From the NCBI RefSeq assembly GCF_009914755.1, contig NC_060947.1: DNA of 64,000 bases. One strand, 5' to 3'. The translations under genes and the position numbers were made by a program. The DNA is from the human T2T-CHM13v2.0 reference genome, Homo sapiens. Each line of letters opens with the position of its first letter. The first letter of the stretch is position 1. Below, one piece after another: positions 57,558 through 64,000 of the stretch. The notes under the pieces were generated by a model, which saw only the letters and a program-made list of their open reading frames with translations, had not been told where the DNA came from and made no database searches.

Positions 57558-57850
57558 CCTTAATCCTCAGTGCAACAGTGCGGGGGTGGGGCTTTTGGGA
57601 GATGTTTAAGTCATGAGGGCTTCACCTTTATGAGCAGATTAATAAAATAAATGAGAGGAAGTGAGTTTGGTTCCCCTCTTGCTCTTCTCCCTTTCACCAT
57701 GGGAGAATGCCACAAGAAGGCCCTTGCAAGATGCCAACATCCTGATCTTCGACTTTCCTGCTTCTAGAACTGAAGGAATAAATTTCTGTTCTTTATAAAT
57801 TACTCAAGTCTTGAGTATTCTGCTATAGCAGCACAAAACAGACCTAGGCC
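57558..57850 (+). mobile_element. MSTC/D-like LTR, 5'-truncated
   Basis: GTCATGAGGGC..CAAGAAGGCCCT..AATAAATTTCTGTTCTTTATAAATTAC..ATAGCAGCACAAAACAGAC. Confidence 0.78.
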
Positions 57851-58194
57851 CCATGCCCTCCAGTGTCTCCATCCACAAAGTTATTTGATGGAATCTTCAT
57901 AGATCAGTCTTCCTAAATTGCTGTTTTGCTCTTGCCAGTTCTCATTTCCAAAATGTTTTAGCAATTCCCCGTTGACTAAAGGATGGAATTGCAGATGAAA
58001 ATTGAGAACTAGAAGACACCATAGGGCTATACTCTCTACCCCTGCACATAGAAATGAAGAAAGTATCCTGCTAGTGAAAATTCCTATTTGTTGGCTAATA
58101 TGATTATATCTTGAAATTTCTTAGTGGTGGTGGATGGTGCATTACTCCATGTCACCTGGCCCCATTGACTTTCTGTGTTCTTCCACATTTTACT

Positions 58195-58525
<331 letters not shown>

Positions 58526-58878
58526 TGAAGGTGTAACAGCAATAATGTTCAAAAAGTAACTTTTATTAAAAATAAGCATTAAGCATCATAGCATCAATGT
58601 ATTCTCTTTTAATAACATTGACTTTCTCCCGTTAATTTTCCCTTTATAAAACGTACGTAAGGGATATAAACACATTTGCAAAATCAAACCTATTTTGTAT
58701 TTGTATCCTACCAAACACAAAATAATAATAATGATAATAATAATAGTTATAAATAAGAAATAAATAAAATATTTCTAAATATTTTATTTAGATTTAGATT
58801 TATTTATATAATTATTCTAAATAATTCTACAATAAAATTATTCCATAGCCTCATATATTTCAACTCAAAAGTGATCTT

Positions 58879-59003
58879 GGCTGGTGCAGTGGCTCACGCC
58901 TCTAATGCCAACACTTTGGGAGACTGAGGTGGGAGAATCGCTTGAGTGCAGGAGTTTGTGACCAGCCTAGGCAACATAACGAGATCTCATGTCTACAAAA
59001 AAA
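58879..59003 (+). mobile_element. FLAM/Alu left monomer
   Basis: Single left arm with short A tail. Confidence 0.87.
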
Positions 59004-59291
59004 GGTTATCTCACATGCCACATGCCCTTCAGAAACTGATAGACTATATTGATAATCACCTCTAAATTAACAACATAAAGAAGGTGAATAGTACAAGTTT
59101 TCCCCAATTCAATCAAATAATAATCCAAAATCTGAAATTCTGAAAGAACAAAGTAGTCTTGGGCACCAAGCCATGATTTACAAAATACTCTTAGATGGCT
59201 TGAAAAATCTATGGCTCTTCTTATAATACTAGATTTCTTAGATAGGTCCAGTAGACTGGTAGACTTTTTTATGGTTTTATGCATTTTCTCT

Positions 59292-59884
59292 TTTTAAAAT
59301 TTTTATATTTAATTTGAGATCTGGGGTACATGTGGAGGATGTACGGGTTTGTTACATAGGTAAACGTGTCCCATGGTAGTTTGCCACACCTATCAACCCA
59401 TCACCTAGGTATTGAGCCCGGCATGCATTAACTATTTTTCTTGGTGCTCTCCCTCCCCCTGCTCCCCTGATAGGCTCCAGTGTGTGTTGTTCCCCTCCCT
59501 GTGTCCATGTGTTCTCATTGTTTCTCTCCCACTTTTAAGTGAGAACATGCTGTGTTTGATTTTCTGTTCCTGCATTCGTTTGCTGAGGATAATGGCTTCC
59601 AGCTCCATCCATGTCCCTGCAAAGGACATGATCTCATTCCTTTTCAGGGCTGCATAGTATTCCATGGTTTATATGTACCATGTTTTCTTTATCCAGTCTA
59701 CCATTGATGGGCATTTGGATTGATTCTATGTCTTTGCTATTGTGAATAGTGTTGCAATGAACATATGCACACATGTATCTTTGTAATAGAATGATTTATA
59801 CTTCTTTTGGTATATACCCAGTAATGAGATTACTGGATCAAATGGTATTTCTGGTTCCAGATCTTTGAGGAATCGCCACCCTGT
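59292..59884 (-). mobile_element. L1PA (about PA8-10) 3' end
   Basis: ORFs 59432..59665 and 59726..59947 translate L1 ORF2-end sequence; TGCATTTT on both sides. Confidence 0.92.
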
Positions 59885-59889
59885 TTGTG

Positions 59890-60477
59890 TGCATTTTTTA
59901 CTGTTGCATAACAAATTACAAACTTGGTGGCTTGAAACTATCCCCATTTATCATCTTGGAGTGATATAGGTCAGATATCTGGACATGTTCTGGCTGGGTT
60001 CTCTACTCAGGGTCTCCCCAGGCTGAAATCAAGGTGTTATCAGGGTTGCAGTGTCATCTGAAGCTGGGTGCCTTCTTCTCAGCTCCCTGGTTGTTGGCAG
60101 AATTGAGTTCCTAGAGGCTGAAGGAGTGTGTCTCTAACTTGTTTCTAGCTGTTAGCCAAAGCCATACTCAGCTTCTACAGGTAGCTGGCCCTATGGCCCT
60201 TTCCACAACATGGCAGTTTTTTTGTCTGCAAGGTCATCAGGGGAATTTCACTGCTACTTTGGATGTCTGACTTCCCTGTGTCTGACTCTAGGCCCAGTTT
60301 TAGATGGCTCATGTGATTAGGTCAAGCTTCCCTTTCTTAGGGTCCACCTATTTGGGACATTAATGATGTCTGCAAAATCCCATCACAGCAACACCCAGAT
60401 ATGTGTTTGACTGAACAATGTGCGTGCTTACCAGGGCCCAAAGTCTTGGCAGCCATCTTGGAATTCTGCTTCCTACA
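59890..60477 (-). mobile_element. MLT1E-like LTR
   Basis: AACAAATTAC..GGTGGCTTGAAAC..GGCTGAAATCAAGGTGT..GTTGTTGGCAGAATT..GCCATCTTGGAATTCTGC. Confidence 0.78.
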
Positions 60478-60981
60478 ATTGCCTATTCACACAACGAAAT
60501 ATTACACAGCAGTCAGGAAGAATGGATGAGAGCCATCAGCAGGCTGGAGACCCAGGGAAGGGCTGATGTTGCAGCTTGAGTTTGAAGGCATTGGAGGCAA
60601 CAGTCTCTCTTCTGCAGGGACCTCACTCTTTTCTCCTAAAGCTGATTGGATGACGCCAGTCCCTACATGAAGGTCTAGCTATGGATTCAGGAGCTTTGAA
60701 GGGCTCAGAACCACTTTCTCTGTTGGAGACCATGTAGAGGTTGGACACAATAATTTAAACATCCACAGTCATCTATCATTTTGTATCATAAATACCTGGT
60801 CTAAGTACAGCATTTATCGAGCTCGTAACTGGTGACTGTCTAGCCCATCAGTTGGTGTGACCACAGAAAGGTGCTAGAATCTAGGAGTGGTGACCTAGAA
60901 GGACAATGGCAAACATCACCTTTCTTCTTGGGTAATTTGCAACAGAAACTGTTTATTCACTGCTCTACCTCCCTCCCTACC

Positions 60982-61390
60982 GCTTATGGACTGACTTGTG
61001 TCCCTGCTAAATTTATAAGTTGAAGCCTAAACCCCAGGACCTCATTTAAATATAGGTTTCAAGTATGACTAAAATGACTGCATTTGAACATTGGGTCTTT
61101 CAAGAGGTACTTAAGGTAAAATGAGGTCACTAGAGTGGGCCCTGATCCAATAGAACTGGTGTCTTATAAGAAGAGGAAATGAAGACACAGACACACACAG
61201 AGGGCTGATCACATGAGGACACAGGGAAAAGATGAGTCCACAAGCCAAGGTAAGAGGTTTCAAGAGCAACCAGCTCTGCCTACACCTTGATCTCAGATTT
61301 CCAGCTTTTAGAACCATAAAAAGACAGATTTCTGAGTTTTAAGCCACCAAGTCTGTGAAACTTTGAGACAACTTTAGCAGACGAATGTAC
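60982..61390 (+). mobile_element. MLT1B-like LTR
   Basis: AAAATGAGGTCACTAGAGTGGGCCCTGATCCAATA..CTTATAAGAAGAGG..CACCTTGATCTCAGA..TTAAGCCACC. Confidence 0.85.
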
Positions 61391-61449
61391 TACCCTCACC
61401 AGCAAAAGACAAGTCTAAGTTCTTGGCCAAGTATGGTGTTGTGGTTGAG

Positions 61450-61720
61450 TCCTCTGGGACTCATGAGATGGTGTAGCCTCATAAGTGGGACTAGTGTCTG
61501 TATAAAAGGGACCCCAGAGAGCTCCCTCACCCTTTCCACCATGTGAGGTCACAGCGAGAAGACGCCGTCTATGAACCAGGAAGTGGGTCCCCACCAGACA
61601 CTGAATCTGCCACGCCTTGATCTTGGACTTCCCAGCTTCTATAACTGTAAGCAATAAGTTTCTGTTTATAAGCAACTCAGTTTATGATAATCTGCTGTAG
61701 TAGCTGAAAAAACTAAGAAG
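61450..61720 (+). mobile_element. MLT1A-like LTR, partial
   Basis: TATAAAAGGGACCCCAGAGAGCT..CTATGAACCAGGAAG..CCTTGATCTTGGACTTCCCAGC. Confidence 0.8.
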
Positions 61721-62211
61721 CAGGTCTTAAACCATGACTGCCTTATATTATCAAAATTTGAACAAATATTTCTTATTATATGCCTGGGACTGACAAAACA
61801 ATCTCCATTAAACAAAAATTAAATTGTTAGCTATAAGACCAGCGCTGAGGACGGTGAGGGAGTGGGAAGACAGGATGCATGGGAAACAACTTAATGGGTG
61901 CCATGTACATCACTCACATGATGGATGCCCTAAAAGCCCTGACTTCACCACTATGCAATCTACGCCTGTAACAAAATTACACTTGTACCCCATAAATGGA
62001 CACAAATAACATAATTGAATTTGCTTTTAAATGCTCTTTAAGCATCATTTTTAATATTGTCTTCACTCAAGTTAGAAAATGTTTGGTGTCAAGTTGAAAT
62101 AACTCACAAGGATGTGGTAAAAGCGTGGTAGATCCAGGCTGGTATCTCTGCTCTGTATTTTGTTAACTATCTGTCTTTATGAAAGCCATTTCTATTGGCA
62201 TCAATTTTTTT

Positions 62212-62380
62212 CAGCTGCAACATGAAGGCATGCATTAAATAATTTTTGAGATGCATTGCAACTATAAATCATTGATAATTTTTGTAACAAGAAGATTCAC
62301 AGCTGCGACATGAAGGCATGCGTTTAGTAACTTTTAAGATGCATTGCAACTATGAATCATCGATAATTTCCAAGATTCAC
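62212..62380. repeat. Two-copy tandem duplication, period 88 bp
   Basis: CAGCTGC(A/G)ACATGAAGGCATGC..AGATGCATTGCAACTAT..AAGATTCAC starts at 62212 and 62300. Confidence 0.93.
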
Positions 62381-62999
62381 TTGGAATTCCATTTCTTGCA
62401 TGAACTTGCATTTAATTCCATATGTTAGAGGGAGTTGGAGGGGGAAAATGAGATTTTATTCCAGGGAAGGATATAAAGGGTGTTAAACATTTTTTGCTAT
62501 GTAAATATACAGGTCAGCTTTGCAGAAATTTTAAACATTTTGCAATGGGAAGCACAGGGTCCTTGGCATCTCAAGAAAACATCTGTAAACCTCAATAATA
62601 TGGGAAGAATCACAGGGTTTTCAGGTTTGTAGTTTTAGGAGGCTTAGAAGATTATGATGAGAATTTCTTTAGGCTCCAGAAAAAATTGTCTCTCTTTTTT
62701 CACAGCTGCTTTTTGGTGTTTCTTGAGGCTTTATTTTAACAACCATGTGCACATGTGATTTTATTATAAGCCACATCAAATCCTTTGATTCTATGTGGAG
62801 GCATATGGAGTGTAAATTATGTATAAATGAGCAGTGAGCATACATTTGGCTATCCTAGGCAGTTTTGTGGTTTGTGGCAGAAAATTGCTGTGTGTGAGAG
62901 CACCTAGGAGGAGAGATGTGGCGTTTGATGTCCAGAGACAGATAGGACTCAGTAACTACTATGGACAGATGAGAAGGAAGGCTCATTATGTTTTCTCTT

Positions 63000-63722
63000 T
63001 GAAACAGCTTTCTTGGGATATAATTTGCATACCACACAATTCACCCATTTATTTCTTATTTTTATTTTTTATAGATAGGGTCTTACTCTGTCACCCAGGC
63101 TGGAGGGCAGTGGCGCGATTATGGATCACTGCAGCCTCAGCATCCTGGGCTTAAGTGATCCTCCCACCTCAGCCTCTCAAGAAACTGGGACTACCAGCAT
63201 GTGCCAGCATGCTTGCCTGATTTTGTTGTTGTTGGGGTCTTGCTATGTTGCCCCAGCTGGCCTTAAACTCCTGGACTCAGGTGATCCTCCCACCTCAGCC
63301 TCCCAAAGTACTGGGATTACAGGTGTGAGCTACCACATCCAGCCCAGTTCTCCCATTTTAAGTATAACACGCAATCATTTTTAGGACATTCATAGTTGTG
63401 CAACAATCACCACAATCAACTTTAGAACATTCTCATCAATTCAACAAGAAATTCCACACTTTTTAGCTATCCTTGCATTATTCCTCCAATTACCCCTGAT
63501 CCCACATCCCTTGGCAACCAGTAATCTGCTTTCTGTCTATGGATTTGCTTATTCTGAACATTTCCTATAAATGGAATCATACCATATGTGGTCCTTGGTG
63601 ACGAGTTTCTTTCACTGAGCTTAATGTTTTCAAGGTTCTTCCACATTGTAGCGTGTGTCAAAGCTTCTTTCTTTTTTAAGGCTGATTAATATTCTATTGT
63701 GTATGGCTAGAACACATTTTCA
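63000..63722 (-). mobile_element. L1MB-type 3' end with a nested antisense AluJ (63052-63345)
   Basis: TTC(A/T)CCCATTT flanks the Alu; GTTGTGCAACAATCACCACAATC..AAATGGAATCATAC. Confidence 0.88.
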
Positions 63723-64000
63723 TGATAACATTCAAAGAGTCAGAAACAAGTCTACAGGCTTTCCAGGCCAAATTCTAGGTGTGGTTTCTCTCGGCAAAGC
63801 ATTCTCCCTGAACCCCCAGAGCTGATTGCTGTATCGGGCCCTGTCCTGGTAAGGACAGAGAGTGACATTAACTCATCTCTCTTTCTTGGGCCTCACAGTC
63901 GTCTGTGTGATCGCTGCCAGCACAATGTGGAAGGGAAGTCTTGGTTTGGCTAACTGCAACGTACTCATGGCTCAGATTCTGACCAAAAGAGTTATTTCAT

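Overview
This is primate (catarrhine, probably human or great ape) nuclear DNA. It is AT-rich, CpG-depleted and densely covered by interspersed repeats: about 30 Alu/FLAM copies (J, S and Y age), L1PA/PB/MA/MB/MC/ME 3' fragments, seven solo THE1/MST LTRs (five with perfect 5-bp TSDs), MLT1, MLT2A, MER41, MER4, MER77-like and LTR12 LTRs, and Tigger/MADE1 DNA-transposon relics. I cannot support any intact protein-coding gene, RNA gene or CRISPR array; the supplied ORFs are mostly Alu, L1, LTR or low-complexity artefacts. Tandemly reiterated MLT1 pieces resemble the STIR-type repeats of the pseudoautosomal region and distal Xp, but this location is only inferred. I found no clearly new biological system. 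The best leads are: (i) a MER41B LTR with two intact GAS (STAT1) motifs, plus a GAS-less MER41A copy as a natural control; (ii) a THE1 LTR that keeps a DUX4 motif, TATA box and strong splice donor but has lost its polyA signal; (iii) five local templated direct or inverted duplications; (iv) a speculative decayed coding-exon pair at 752-1780 and a speculative in-frame chain of + strand micro-exons; (v) all seven THE1/MST LTRs share one orientation. Repeat subfamily calls come from recalled consensus sequences, not a database run. Boundaries are approximate unless a TSD is quoted.
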